A stretch of 62,984 nt of DNA, counting the filler, from Platydemus manokwari (taxonomy: Eukaryota), in assembly GCA_037951405.1 (NCBI GenBank). It is 5 parts of 5 records of this genome, joined end to end, with 100 filler letters (N's around TTAATTAATTAA, not from the genome) between each part and the next. Parts side by side here need not be neighbours in the genome. Positions count along the whole stretch, not along the records: positions 23,941 to 35,061 come from JBBMOY010898865.1; positions 35,162 to 45,407 come from JBBMOY011154326.1; 3 more parts are not named here. The stretch is one strand, 5' to 3'. The notes beneath the pieces were generated by a model. The model worked only from the letters and a program-made list of their open reading frames with translations. It had not been told where the DNA came from and searched no databases. Both the position numbers and the translations under genes were made by a program. Shown here piece by piece: positions 26,546 through 40,259 of the stretch. Within the stretch, counting starts at the first letter, position 1. Each line of letters begins with the position of its first letter.

Positions 26546-26699
26546 ATAATATTCGTAAATCATGCTTAATGTTGATGATGTCTTTGCTATGTGTGGGTCA
26601 TTAATTATGAATTAAATTTCCATTTAATTCAAAACAATTTTAATTCACATTTTATTCAAATTTTATTCAGATGTCATTCTAATTTTATAAAAATTATAT

Positions 26700-26811
26700 T
26701 AATGTAAAATTAAAATTATTTGTTTATATATTTCGATTTAAATAGATTGATTGTATCTTGACTTTTCAATTTGTTTTTAATATGTGGCTTTTAAAATAGT
26801 AGCGGCTAACG
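26700..26811 (-). repeat. Inverted copy of the dispersed repeat core
   Basis: ACTTTTCAATTTGTTTTTAATATGTGGCTTTTAAAATAGTAGCGGCTAAC is the reverse complement of the core. Confidence 0.75.
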
Positions 26812-27765
26812 CTATGTAAATCGAACTCATTGCAAATTTTCAAATTTTAATTCTAATTAACTTCCAGTTGCGATTGTTTTACTATTCCTATTCTATTCAC
26901 TTTTTCACCAGCTTTTCGAACTTTTTGATAATTTCAAGGTTCTATTTTATTTTATTTTTCTTATTTTCATATTTTCAAGGTCAATTTCGAAAGAATTAAG
27001 ATTTTCGGATATTCTATTTTTGTTCATTTAATCGGCTTAAGTTAAAAAATAAAATTTTTAATTTGTGATGTGTTTTGTAAAAATATATCTCGCTAATTTA
27101 ATCAAATTTTTAAAATATTCAATTTTTTTTATTTAAGTACTTGATAAGAATTTTAGTTGTTTGAAATCAAATGTTAAATATATATTGGATGTTTAAAATC
27201 TACTAAAACTTAATTATTACCAAAACGGGTCAGAATTGGTCAAAATGAAATTTTTTGAAAATTAGAGAGATCGCTTTGGCAGGATTAGAAGCACATGTAA
27301 CGATATATAAGACTTTTAGAGTTATTTTATAAAAAAAGTTATTTGTAAATTATTGAGGCGTCTCAGTTGACTGACACTTGTGTTTTTACTCAAAATAAGT
27401 ATATTAATGTTTATTTAAAAGACTTAATACATATAAGGTAATGTAATGAAGATTATCATCCAAACCAGATAAATCTTACAGGTAGACATGTCACAAAAGT
27501 AAAACAAGCCTTGGAATTCTAAAAGGGACTTGGTTCAACAATTCGGCTTTGTCTCTTTTCAATATTTTGAATATAAGTTATTTGTGGTGCTCGGGGGAGC
27601 ACATAAAAGTGTATTAGCAAAATAATCTAAATAAGCAAGCCAACAATCACTAAATGATAATCATTTTTATCAAAATGAAACTAAGAATCCTGAATTATTT
27701 ATTACATTACAAAATTTGTAGATTCCATGCCTTTAAAGAAATAGTGACATAGAAAAGTATTTCTA

Positions 27766-27970
27766 GGCCAAAATATCATCGTGGAAATCGATGAGGCCTA
27801 TTTTGGAGAGGTCAATTATAATAGTGGACTCCTAACTTTGTATTTGAGTTGTTGGAGGACTGGAGAGATTATTTCTAGTTCGCAACCACATTCCATATTC
27901 GAAGTAATACTTTTCATTTAATTTTAGATGAGTGAAACCAGAATCCATAATATATAGATATTGTTGAAGT
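27766..27970 (+). mobile_element. Merlin (IS1595/ISXO2-like) DDE transposase remnant
   Basis: GQNIIVEIDEAYFGEVNYNSG ... VVGGLER ... VKPESIIYRYC* parallels the Merlin consensus G...IVEIDES.FGKRKYNRG...WVFGGIER...IKPGTIIYSDCW. Confidence 0.82.
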
Positions 27971-28084
27971 AGTTTTTCTTTTTAATTTACTTTTTAGTCA
28001 AATTTCTCATTCCAAATTTCTCATTAACCAAATGTCTCATTCGGACCTTAATGTTTTATTAATCTCATTTCTACTTTATATTAA

Positions 28085-28525
28085 TTTTGATCCAGATCCA
28101 AACAAAGAGATGATTCTAGATACCAACACTAGTTTCGGAGTGGTTGGAGGCGTTATAAGCCAGACAGACTCTCAAGGATAGGCGAGGCATTTTGTTCACA
28201 ACGCTTAACTCAGCACCTAGGCACTAGTGAAGGCAAGCCTAAAATTTGGTTTATTAATGTTGTCGAGCATTTCATGGCAAATAATGACGAACTAAGAAAG
28301 ATTCAACAAGAAAATACTGTCATTGGTTCAATTCGAAAATGGTTACAGAAAACGGAAACAGGTGTCAATTCAACAGTCAAGAAAAGCAAATATTATAACA
28401 GCTTAGAGAATTATGAATTGTTTGAAGATATGGTAGTGCATAATGATAATGAAAAGAAGCGAAATGTTGTGCGAGAGGTTCATTCTCAGAAACTAACTAG
28501 ATACTTTGCGAAGCCCTCAAGTTAA
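28085..28525 (+). mobile_element. Gypsy pol remnant (RT/RNase H junction and pre-integrase region)
   Basis: PDPNKEMILDTNTSFGVVGGVISQTDSQG matches PD..K.FILDTDAS..AIGAVLSQ. ORF 28274-28525 ELRKIQQENTVIGSIRKWL...VREVHS resembles the segment before the integrase zinc finger. Confidence 0.8.
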
Positions 28526-30426
28526 TGTAAGTTCGATTTTATATATCCCTCTATTATAGAGCTTTGCACGAAAGCAACACATTCAGGTTTTTGGTTTTAT
28601 TCTAAGAGAAGGAATTTATCAACCGTAATCTTCTGTCCAAAACTCTGTTAAGGTTTTGGCGTACAGTTCAATAGTTTAGTGCAGTGTTATAATCAGTGTT
28701 AACTGTAATTTTGTTGGGTACCAAATACCCCTAAATAAATAATAATAAAATCATATAATTTTTTAGTAAACCAGGCTTCAGTTATTTCAAAAGCTATAAA
28801 AAAGGAAATTATATAAATAAAATTTATTGATACCAAAAATAGACAAAATAATTATAAGTTCACAAAATTAATGCAAAAAAGTTTGAAATCCTAAAAATAG
28901 AATAAATAAAATATAAAAATAATAAAAAAGATAATTCGTTCAAAAAGAAGAAAATAATTCCTACAAAAGAAAAGCAATTTGTCAGTAAAACGCCCACCAC
29001 CATTATAGACGAAATTCCATATAGTACGCCAACTACTATTTCAAGTCATTGATAATCGTCCTATAAAACTAAATCCACAGTTAAGAATTCACTGTTTACA
29101 CAATCGTGTCAATAAAGTCAAGAGTACAAAAGTTAAAAGAGGAATTATTTTAAAAACCATCTTACTAAAACAAATTTTATTATATTATTCTAATGTATTT
29201 TTATTTCGCAATGCATTTTACAATTATTACTTCACGAAACATTTTATTTAATAGTGGCTTGGATCACGTTCAATCACTCACTTAAAATCCAATGTAAACT
29301 CAGATTCTCTTAATTTTATAGTAACCTGATTTTATAGGTTCCAACTACCATAAAGTAAAATTCAAGGACCTTGCAGCTCTCCGCATAAGGAACTATTAAA
29401 ATCCGTGCACACAACAAGAGCTTCTAATAAAAGCATTAATAAAAGCCTGGTTATTTGTCATCTAATAATCAAAATACGACATTTGTAAATCGATATTTAA
29501 TCATTTTCTGATCACTATTTGTACATCGTTAAATTTTGAAATTATATATTTCCATTTATCTTCATTTATTTATTTATATTTAAGTTATTGTTTTAAAAGT
29601 TTCCATTACTGCACCTTTGGAGTCAGGTACAATATAAATTAATGTTATTACTTTAATGAGCCAAATTCTTCTGAACTTAAAATATCGGTAAAACTATTTT
29701 GAATATCATCATATCTTTAATTGTTGAGGTCAAACATGGACATGCTTTGAACGGATTGTTATGTTGGGTTTTGTTAAACCAATATATTTGAATAATCATT
29801 ATGGAGAACAATGAAAACCGATATTTATAGGATTTAAAATATTTGATATTTCGTATATATTTCAAGATAAAATGTATCAGATCATAATATATAACACAAT
29901 AATGTGTTTTATATTATTTTTCTGTTAACAAATCCACAATTATTTTTCAGGTTTTTATCATTGCATTCAATACGATATAGGAATAATTTTTCATTTCGAT
30001 TCATATGATTTCTGTACATATTTCTCTATGTCCATATATTGACATTAAAATATCTAAAATTAAATTAGAAAATGATAAATTTATTCCCATCAGCTCTCAT
30101 AAACGAGAATGAACGCAGCAAATTATTAATGTTTATAATGGTCGTATTAGCAATTTGTATTTGAATAAATTAATATAAACAACAATGTTGATGAAATCGT
30201 ATTGTAAGATTTCTTGACACACTGTTGCGAGATGCAGAACATTATATATTCCCAATTATAAATATTAAATGTAATTTTATAAAAATTGTCTCTCCTATCC
30301 AGACAAGCAATTTGAAAATTACTATTTCTCATTAATTTTGTCATTTTACAATGGATCAATTTCTTGGTTTATGGATTGTGAATTAATTAATAACCCTGAT
30401 ATACAAATATGCAATGAATTATAACC

Positions 30427-30428
<2 letters not shown>

Positions 30429-30461
<33 letters not shown>
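30429..30461. repeat. (TA)n microsatellite
   Basis: Seen directly in the sequence. Confidence 0.95.
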
Positions 30462-30466
<5 letters not shown>

Positions 30467-30902
30467 TTCCGAATAACAATTCTAATTAATCCTGATCCCA
30501 ATCTGATACATTAATTAAAAAAGGTCATTATGTTTAACATGCCACATGTACGTGATTGGATTAATTATCAAGCTATGCCATTGGAAATTTTCCACGCTGA
30601 TTCTTGACTTCCTGTTTGTCAATAAAATAAAAATAGATTTTAATGAATCTATAAAAACAAGACTTCTAAAATGAATATAGTAAAATAAAATATCAAAAGT
30701 TCATCTTTATTATTTTAATTCTAAATCAAATGAAGTCAAATTGTTCACTTAATTTGAGAAATATAATTTTTAAAATGACCAATTTATTATTTCACAAATA
30801 TCTAACTAAGAATGTATCTCAGCAGATAATTCATCCTTAGACTGTTTCCGTAATCTATTAGAATCGACTTAACTCAAAATCACTTAAATTTAGTTATTGT
30901 AA

Positions 30903-31425
30903 TTGGTTCGTTTGGATCTATATTTCCATTTTTCTCACATCCATATTTCTGTAAGAGTACGAAAATTTATTATAAAAACAGAAGATATTCGGCGCTCATC
31001 CAACAACAAATTATTGGCCGAAGTTCTTTTAAGATATCTCGAGACAAACTACGACAAACAAAACTGTGCAAATTTCAGCCAAGCCTCAATCAACCCATTC
31101 CAGAGACCAGTCTAAAAAACAATGGAGAAACAAAAAAGTTCTGAGTGAAACCTGCACAAATTAGGAGCGTTTTATGATTTTAAAGTAAAAATGATTTTAA
31201 ACCTACTGTTGTTTTGCCTGGTTTTCACCAGAACGAGATTAAATTGATTTTTGAACAGTCGACGACAATCAACAAATTTTACACAAGCAACTAGAAGCCC
31301 AAACAATCAGATGAAACAAATCAAAAACCTAAGAAAGTCCAAAATCATGCAAGAAGTGATGGCGATGTTTGGCCATTTCCTTCAAATATTCTGGCGTCAA
31401 CAGTATGTACTCGGGGGAGTATAAT
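30903..31425 (+). mobile_element. Possible decayed BEL/Pao-like integrase 3' region with polypurine tract
   Basis: Weak motif echoes (NCANFSQAS, GAFY, IFWRQ) and a GGGGGAGTAT tract near 31413. Confidence 0.25.
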
Positions 31426-34400
31426 CAAATCGAACTGGTACTCGGATTTCAATTTGAATTTGATGCACAAATTACCCTGGCTCAAAAAGACAATATCACC
31501 ATGGAAATTCTATTGTTTACATTTTGATAATGGCTATGAAGGTAGAAGTGATCCTCGTATGATCACCTCTATTGTATAGCACATATAGCTACTTATTCTT
31601 ATCATATCTGCTATTTTATTCTTCATTAATACGCGTGAGGTCCTGTTTACTGGAGATATTCGACTTTCAAATTTAATGGTTGCTGTGAGGCTGTTCAAAT
31701 CAATTGATCTTTGAATAATATTTAAAATTTAAAATATATTGATATTAAAAACTAAAGATTGAATATATAAAAATAAAAGAGGTCATCTCTGGACTGTTTT
31801 CCTACCAACAACAATGAGCTCCAAAACTGACATCAATAATGTTTTATCATTTATTGCTTAACTCATTCAAGGTATTTTAGTGGATTTTGACACAATATAA
31901 TAATCTAGTATCTGTGATTATTTGATTTATAAATAGCTAATTTGTTTAACAGTATTAAACGAATTGGTATTTTCTAACATTTCTTCACCGCTATCAACTG
32001 ACATACCGGTCAACCCTTAGTATTTCTGAAATAAGATTTTGCCTTTTAATGGTATTGAACTTTAAAAGATAATTTTTCAATTTGGTCTTCTAACCATTGT
32101 CGATCAAATAAATCTGGTGAAATTTCAACAAGTAAATAGATGAGTGAAAATGGAAAACATAAAATTCCTCCCAGTTACAATTACAAAACATTCAAGTCTG
32201 TATTAAAGTCAAAAATTTTCATTAATGAGGCAAACTATTCTGAAACCGAAAATATCACGTTTATATTGGTTTGAGAACATTTTCATTTGTTTTAATTTCT
32301 CTAAACGATACCTTCGCTTTTGTGTTGAAAAATTACAGCAAAAAGTGTCAACTTGTTTGCTTCGGACAACCAATCTTGTGATCTTTAAACGAAACAATCA
32401 CAAAATTTCTCATCATACTGATATGTTTCGGAAATCGAATGATAGATTCATTATGTAGGAATTTGAATAGAAATGGGAATAATTAATTGAGTCTTATTTG
32501 AAGAAAGTTAGAAAGTTTCAATATCGAATATGCAAAAATTATGACGTCATCATTTCAAAAAATAAAATTCTAAAATCATGATTGTTGTCAAAATTCTCAA
32601 TTAAATAAATATCTAAAAGATTCTGATGGATTTTAGAATCGGAAATAAATCTGATGAAACAACATCTGCCGAAATTCGAACAGCTTTAATTTTCATACAA
32701 GTTTACGATAATGATTCGTGCGATTTAGCAAAAAGGAGATTTGTATTGAGGAAATGGAATATTTCCTTGTAGAAATTCTCAGGATTTTAATGAATTAATC
32801 AAAATTTTTAATCATTTTTTAATAAAATAAATGATTTAAATACAAATTTAAATAATTGCTTTGAAAATTTTCATTAAATATACTTTAGTGTTTTGATTTT
32901 CTTAAATTTTTTTTTAATTTATATTTAATAAAATGGTAGCAGCTTGCAGCAGTAAGATCACAGGTTATTTAAAGATTTTATTCAAGAGATTATAATCCAC
33001 AAATAGACAAATGTGAGACGTAAAATAAAACAAGGGTTCTGTGAACGGCATATCAGTGTTTAACTGCAGTGACGGATTCAACAAATATTTTATTTTTTCT
33101 AATATAAACTTTATTGACATTTAAAATAAATTATAATTGAAAACAAACCAAACATAAACTTTCAATAGATTATAGAGATAGCCATTAATTTAAACAAACA
33201 AACCTTTTTATAACTAAATAATATAATCAATTATATAACCAAATAATAGCTATAAAATTAATCCAAACCCCAAAACTATTTCCTTTCTTCAAAAATGCCA
33301 CCGTCTCGGAATATGATTCACCTGTCGATTTATTAGTTCTCGATACACTGACAGTGGCTGGACAAAATCAGAATTTTATTTTATAATTCAGTGATTTGAT
33401 TTATTCTTATTCACTCACTTATTCCAGACATGATGAAATAAAAATTCAAAGCCGAATGTCCTTGACGAATTATGATTCGCTTAGCTTCAAATCTTGAAAA
33501 TTTTGTTGAAATAAATTAATTAATATAAATAGAATGTATTTATATATTATTTAATAATTATATGTGGACATAATTTTTATTAATAGTTATACAATAAGTA
33601 TATATTAATACCACCAGTGATAAGAATTTAATAATGACCACAGAATTTGGCAACAAATTTCTTCCATAATGTTTTGAAGCAATTGCATGACAACAAGGCA
33701 AATCAAAAATGAGATTTGAGGCAATAATATTCATTTAATATAATCAAAAAAATTGTTAATATGTCACCTTAATTCTGCACTTGGTGAAGCATCAAGGTTC
33801 ATTTTCCTTTTTCAAATATCCGCCACTTGATGCAGTTATTGAATAAAGCGGTGCCGATAATTTTTATAAGATAAGTTTTACAAAAGTCGTACCTTTTTTA
33901 CTTTTTAGAACAATAAACATCAAAGAGATAATCATCTAGAGCTGTTCATATCAATTAAAGTCTAAATATTGATAAAACCAAAATTAGCCATGGAAAAGTT
34001 AAATATATTGTCTAAGATTTTAAAGTTGTATAAAATCAAGATTATCGTTTATTTAGAGATCAAACGAGATGAAAAAGAACCATACTACTTTTATTGTGTG
34101 TGTTATATTTTCATCTCTGTAATAAGATATTGATGATTCCTGATTGGAAAATTCATTAATTAGATGATTATCTCTAGAAAAATATTCAATGATACCTGAT
34201 ATCAAACATTATTTTGATGCGATAATTTAACGGGAATATTCTATACAAACGTTATACAAATAATCTTGCTATAACTAGTCATAGAAAATCGATTTTATCG
34301 GTATTTGTGGATTTTAGAGATATGCAATCGAAAATATAGACGTACAATATTCATCCTAAACAACGATTAAAACAATTTGATATTTAATGTTGATTAGGCG

Positions 34401-34987
34401 CTTGTTTTCGGATAAGCTGATAGATACGTATTATAGTCACTACACCAACAATCTCCATGTGGGATGCACACTGAATAACCCATGTATCTTGAAATTTGAA
34501 TAAGTTATCAATTCTTTTGTTTCGGAATAATTTATTTTCTAGTTAATAAAAGTCTGGTGTAATGGATATGTTGTGTACAAACTTCACTCGGATGAAAATA
34601 ATAATTAAAAGAAACTAGTGAGTTATAATGACTCATATTGGATAAAAACTCACAGTAGTAACTCAATGGAGGAGAAGCTGCAGAATCTGATCAACCCACG
34701 GAAATGTATTAGAGCGATAATTAGGTTGTAACTGTAATGTTTGAACAGCATTTGATATTAAACTGTGTAAATTGTTATGGCCTGTGTAGACGCTTATCAA
34801 TGAAGTGAATTTTACTGATATATAAACAGAGCAAATTCGTCACTAAAAAGAAAGAATAAGATCGATCTTTAAAAACACCAACTTGAGTTATTTAACACCT
34901 ACATTTATTGTTGAATTATATTTTCAAATCGATAATTAACCTTGGAGTAATTAATAATCAATATCTTTCGAATATTGTGGGCAATTA

Positions 34988-35061
34988 CCAGGTGTGTCGG
35001 TAATTCCTTTCCGGTTTTTGTAACAGATGTCACTGGCCATAAGAAAAATGGTTTGTTGATT
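34988..35061 (+). mobile_element. Terminal fragment of a young mauritiana-subfamily mariner (TIR 34988-35019), truncated by a contig end
   Basis: TA|CCAGGTGTGTCGGTAATTCCTTTCCGGTTTTT: TA target site followed by a CCAGGTGT start as in Mos1/Mboumar-type TIRs. Confidence 0.85.
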
Positions 35062-35161
35062 NNNNNNNNNNNNNNNNNNNNNNNNNNNNNNNNNNNNNNN
35101 NNNNNTTAATTAATTAANNNNNNNNNNNNNNNNNNNNNNNNNNNNNNNNNNNNNNNNNNNN
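35062..35161. other. Artificial assembly linker N44-TTAATTAATTAA-N44
   Basis: Same 100-bp structure as 10504-10603. Confidence 0.95.
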
Positions 35162-35213
<52 letters not shown>

Positions 35214-35236
35214 CATTATTATTATTATTATTATTT
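35162..35236. repeat. (TTA)n microsatellite at contig start
   Basis: Seen directly in the sequence. Confidence 0.95.
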
Positions 35237-36330
35237 TTGAAGAAATTGAACCTAATTATAACTATCAATCACATTTAATTCAATTATAATAATCGAAAAC
35301 TCTTTTTAATTAGTATTTCTATTTTTCGTCCCATAATCAAATTAAATTCTCAAGTTAAATTAATGAATTTAAGTTTGAGAATAAAACGAAAATGAAAAAT
35401 CTGTCTCGAGTTTGCTATAATTTCAAATTAATTGCTGAACGTGTTATAGAAATGAATCATCAAAAAGTTTATTGTTATACATTTTAATTAATAAGATAAG
35501 AAAACTGAGCAAGGAAAATTATTTCAGAGAATAATTATTTTTGTAACGAAATATATTATTACATCATTTCCGGTTTTTTCTCCAGAGGTATTTAGATTGA
35601 TTTTCAATATCAGAAAAAAATCTTAATAACGCAATACAATTAAATTATTTTCTCGATATTCTATTGAGAATATAACATTTACAGATTTGGAAATATTATT
35701 GTTAAGATTGTTTTCTTGTTTTTGTTCGACATAATATTTTGAAAAATTCAAGTTTATCTTCAGTTTGTCTGTTTCCAATTCAAAGTTTCAAAATTTTCGA
35801 GTTTATTGTTAACCATTTTCAAAAATTCTTACAATTGTTGCTTGTTTTGTTAATTAAATGATATAAATAATTAATGATAAGTAAATCAAAACATAATTTC
35901 AACAATTAATAATTTAGAATAAAATAGAATAATAATTTCTAAAAATAAATATCAAAGTAAAATAATAGCTAAACAAATAATTAAAAATATTATTTCAATA
36001 TTTATTATTTTTTGTCTGAACAAAAAATTAATTAGTAAAGAATATCCTAAGAAGGATTATTATCAGCTGACTCTGCATGTCAACTCAGGGGCAGCAAAAT
36101 TTGCTGCAAGTGCTACTAACAAAATTTAGTATTCAAGAAATGACAATCAGTAGTCGATTTTTATTATTTATAAAACAAAAAAATATTGATCAGAATTTTA
36201 TTTTCAGGAATGAAGAATAAATCGATTGAGAATTTAGGTTATTATTATTTTAATTTTTTTAAAATAAAAAGTAATATCCGATGAAAGTTTTCCGAATATT
36301 GATAATTAATATTGAACATAGTATCAGTAA

Positions 36331-36612
36331 TATTGGAGGAATATCGGTAACCTATACATTGTTTTGTATTGTGCGCACTTGATCGTAGTTGTGATGACTA
36401 GTAAACTAGCAGATCGTCGGTCGGTAATTTCAGATTTGTGCACTTACAATTTTGGATTTTATTATACTTATATTTAATGATTTGACCCTTGTGTACCATA
36501 CATTGTGACTTGTCGTATAAATATAGCTTGGAAATCAACTTGTCTTTCGGAGTCAGATATAGTTTTATTAAATACGAATATTTGTTGAGATCTACATCAA
36601 GTAGACCCAACA
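36331..36612 (+). mobile_element. Putative solo LTR
   Basis: Termini T(A)TTGG...CCAACA form a near-canonical TGTTGG/CCAACA pair. Internal TATAAATA (~36516) and ATTAAA (~36567), with raised GC. The TSD is degenerate (AGTAA/GGTAT). Confidence 0.45.
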
Positions 36613-39055
36613 GGTATATTAAACCAAAATATTCAAACAAATCATTTGAAAGAATTCTTAACCAATTATTTTGTTTAAAATGTTATAAAGTAATTCATAA
36701 AACGTCGAAAATTCTCCAATTTTTTTATTGTTGAGTTTTAGAGAAGAATGCTTAGATCTCGGAATTGTAAATGTTGCATGAATTAGTAACCAGTAACTAA
36801 ATAATGACCCGCATTTCAGTGAAACTTTACACTAGCAAAAAGAAATAACCCGAATCTGATTTAAGCCAAAAATAAATAACATTTTTATCTGAATTAAGCC
36901 TATTTAGTAAAAAATACCCTATCGATAAAATATCCAGTGGCTAGACAGTTATATTAAATTCAGAATAATTATTTTTAAATTAAATAATAGCCTAATAGTG
37001 AAAATAATAATAAAATACAAGCCCGTTAGTAGAACATATCTTGTTCAAGCCATCAAACCAGCCTTTTCTTTGAATCTTCGACAATTATATGCCCACTAGT
37101 TCTATTGGGAGGTTAATTAATTTGATATTTTGATGCGAAGATTTAAATCAATCCAAAGCCACAGTAAATAATAAAAATGGATGCATAATATTATAATCAA
37201 TCATATAGTCTTTTTATTTATCGGATCTAATCCCAAAGTTCTTAAACATTGGTTTTACTACTCTCAAGAGTTTATTAACCATTAGCTTTTCCAGGATTTA
37301 CATAGCTACTTTGTTCATTTAAGTATACAAAAGTATTCATAAAATGTAATAATAATTGTTATTATTGGTGTCATAATAATAAACATGTATTCGAATCATA
37401 ACATTGTTTAAATATTGAAATTGGCAGGTGCCATTATTTCCTTAGATGCAATCATTTGCAGAATCATCTCATCTCCTTTTGATAAGAAACAGTCGAGGCA
37501 GTTAGCAGTCAAAGAGGTGATAAATAATATCAAACTTAATAAACCAGTGTCTAGAACGGCTAGTCTTGTCTCCATACATGTATTAGAGTTAATCAAGGCA
37601 AAGAAACATTATAATAATAGGTCAATTGTCTTTAGAACTCCGAAGTACTGATAAGACTTACACTTTTGGTCAAAGGTGCCAGGAATAGTTGTCGCAATAA
37701 TAAAAATCGATAAAGATCCGAAATACAATATTCTTATCATGGAAAATTTAATATATTTCATATTATATCAGATTCGATTTTAAAATTAAATTAAATTACA
37801 TTAAGAAAATTAATTATCACAATGAAAATTAAATCAATATTAAAATGAAAAAATTAAACAACTAAGCACATTAAAACTTTTCAATAATTCAAAGAATAAA
37901 TGAACATAAAAAATTTTTCGTCTCAAGTTTGGGAAAGTCAAATTTTTCTTCAATAAGACAAACAGATTTTTTTAATTGATAACGCAAAAATTTACCACAT
38001 TTCGAAACTTCAGATTTATTTTTTTATCGACTAAATCAAATTAAAAAGAATAATTTTTTTACAACAATTCAATAAACATATTAAAAAGAAACAAATCAGG
38101 CAAAACGAATGAAATGTAAATGAATTATGCGCGCTGCCAATGACTGTGGAAAAAATCATTACAATTCAATGATTCCCATCCCAATTGGATTTGATTAGAA
38201 ATGGTTGTTTTTTTTGTTTAATATTTGATTTCTCTTTGAAAGGAAAACCACGAGAAATTGTTTTATGGCTTACAAAATAGATGACTTACAAAATAAATGC
38301 AAAACGATTGTACGGAGAATAATTGCTTCACAATCAAATGTGATATAAAAAAGATATAAAATCTTTGTGTTTAGAAATATTTATCATGGAATATTTGGAG
38401 TGAAATTTAGTGTCGAATATTAAATGAAGAATTTGCAAGTAAAATTGTTTACGATATAATACACTGCTGCTTAATACCAACAAGAAAAAACACATTTCAC
38501 TTTAATTAGCTTTTGGTGACAAAAAATTGAATTTATTGCCAAAATTTGGATGAGTTGCGAGTGTTGAGCTTCCATTTCATGTTTTCACTTTCAAGATTTT
38601 AATTGAAGTTATCGAGCTATGTTATCTAGGATTGAACAATTCCGCTTATTTCAAAGCATCGAAATATTCATTCTGATTGGTAAGTTAGCCTGTGTGTTAA
38701 AGACGAAATGATGTGAACACAAATGCACACAGTCCCAGTAGTCACTCAGAGACTTCTAAATCAGATTTCAATTGAGATATACCAACATAATAGAACGAGC
38801 TATCAAATATTTCCCAATAGCTAAATCATTAACTAGATCAATTGATAGAAATAATGCCACAATTTAGAATGGAAAGTAGCATTACAGGTCATAACATTCT
38901 TACTACTAATGTTATTATTTGTACTAATTCATTATTACTGAGTTTTTTTCAATTCACATAGTTGTATATGATGAATTGAACGTTGATTTTATTCAGCAAT
39001 AAGTTTCAAAATTTATTTAATCTTATAACATTTATAGTCTATGGATGGAAATATA

Positions 39056-39409
39056 GGGGTTGTGAAAAAAATTTCGTGTTTCTACGTCGATGAAACCTTA
39101 TCGAAATTTAAATAAAAAATTACAATTCAAAACCAACTTGAAAAAGCTTCAGTAATTCAGGAAGAGTGAGCAACGATTTTCGACAATATTTGAAATCAAC
39201 ACCTGAGTCCAAGCTCACATGCGAGTTTTTAAATTTTACAAGTCACCTCCAGAGTGCCATTGAAGCTGATGGAGACTATATATAGGCTGTGTTATGGTTT
39301 GTTAACAGTTTAAGTATAATTGCACATTCGATTTTCAGAAATAAATGTTTTTTTAGACTTTGATAAGATTTCATCGACGTAGAAAAACGAAATTTCTTTT
39401 GCTAGCCCC
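39056..39409. mobile_element. MITE, 354 bp, ~55-60-bp TIRs, TA/TATA target duplication
   Basis: Left GGGGTTGTGAAAAAAATTTCGTGTTTCTACGTCGATGAAACCTTATCGAAA vs right reverse complement GGGGCTAGCAAAAGAAATTTCGTTTTTCTACGTCGATGAAATCTTATCAAAG. TATA flanks both sides (39052-55, 39410-13). Confidence 0.9.
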
Positions 39410-40259
39410 TATACAACTATAAAAATTGATCAACTTTATGAGTACTTTGAATTTGATCCAGGATCGAAAAATACCGAGAATATTATTTGAATTAATTACT
39501 CTGATTTAATAGAGTTATCAGCCAAATTTACAATAAATTTCTTATCGTATAATATAGGCAATGGAATTAAAAGCAATAGATTTTCCAAAGAATTTATTCG
39601 AAATTAATGAAGAAAAATATTATTGTCTGGGAAACGCTTCAAATTTGATGAGACTAATCTACTTGAAAACTTGTGATAATCAAATTTATATTGTTAGATC
39701 CAAAACAATTTTAGACGAAAAAATGAAACATTTTTTTTAAAAAAAAGGATGTCATATAATTTATTTTTTAAACAAAAATATCGTTTTATTTTTTTTAATG
39801 AATAGATTTTGATTTATGTGATTTCTCTCAATTCTATATATTTTATTATTAGGGAAATAGTAGCTTTATAGAAAGAGTTTTATAAAATAGAACCCAGCAA
39901 AATATTTAAATATAATTGATAAATCTAGTTTATCAATTTCAGTAATCAATTTTATTAATAATAAATTTTATGAATTCAAATTCCTGTCAAACGATTTTTG
40001 TTGGTCGGGTATAATTTTGCAAGATATGTATATTGAATTAGAGTATCCAAACAAATCTGATTGGACATTCCCCATCTGCTAGAATATCTAAATTTCTATG
40101 TCTCATAAGAAAAGCAAACAGCTTTCTTTTTTCCTACTAAGAAATTTGAAAATGAAGCACGGTGTCGTTGATTTAGCTGGCTGATATTAGCGATAGAAAT
40201 CGGGGAAAATAATTTGAAAATGATTTATCTGATCGGGCACTTTTCCTGAATAAAAACAA

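Noticed and set aside
27587-27620. GTGCTC-GGGG-GAGCAC hairpin as a Helitron 3' end
   Set aside because: The stem is only 6 bp, the downstream terminus is TTAG rather than CTRR, and there is no other support.
33640-33860. Weak non-LTR reverse-transcriptase-like words on the minus strand
   Set aside because: Too degenerate to support without an alignment.
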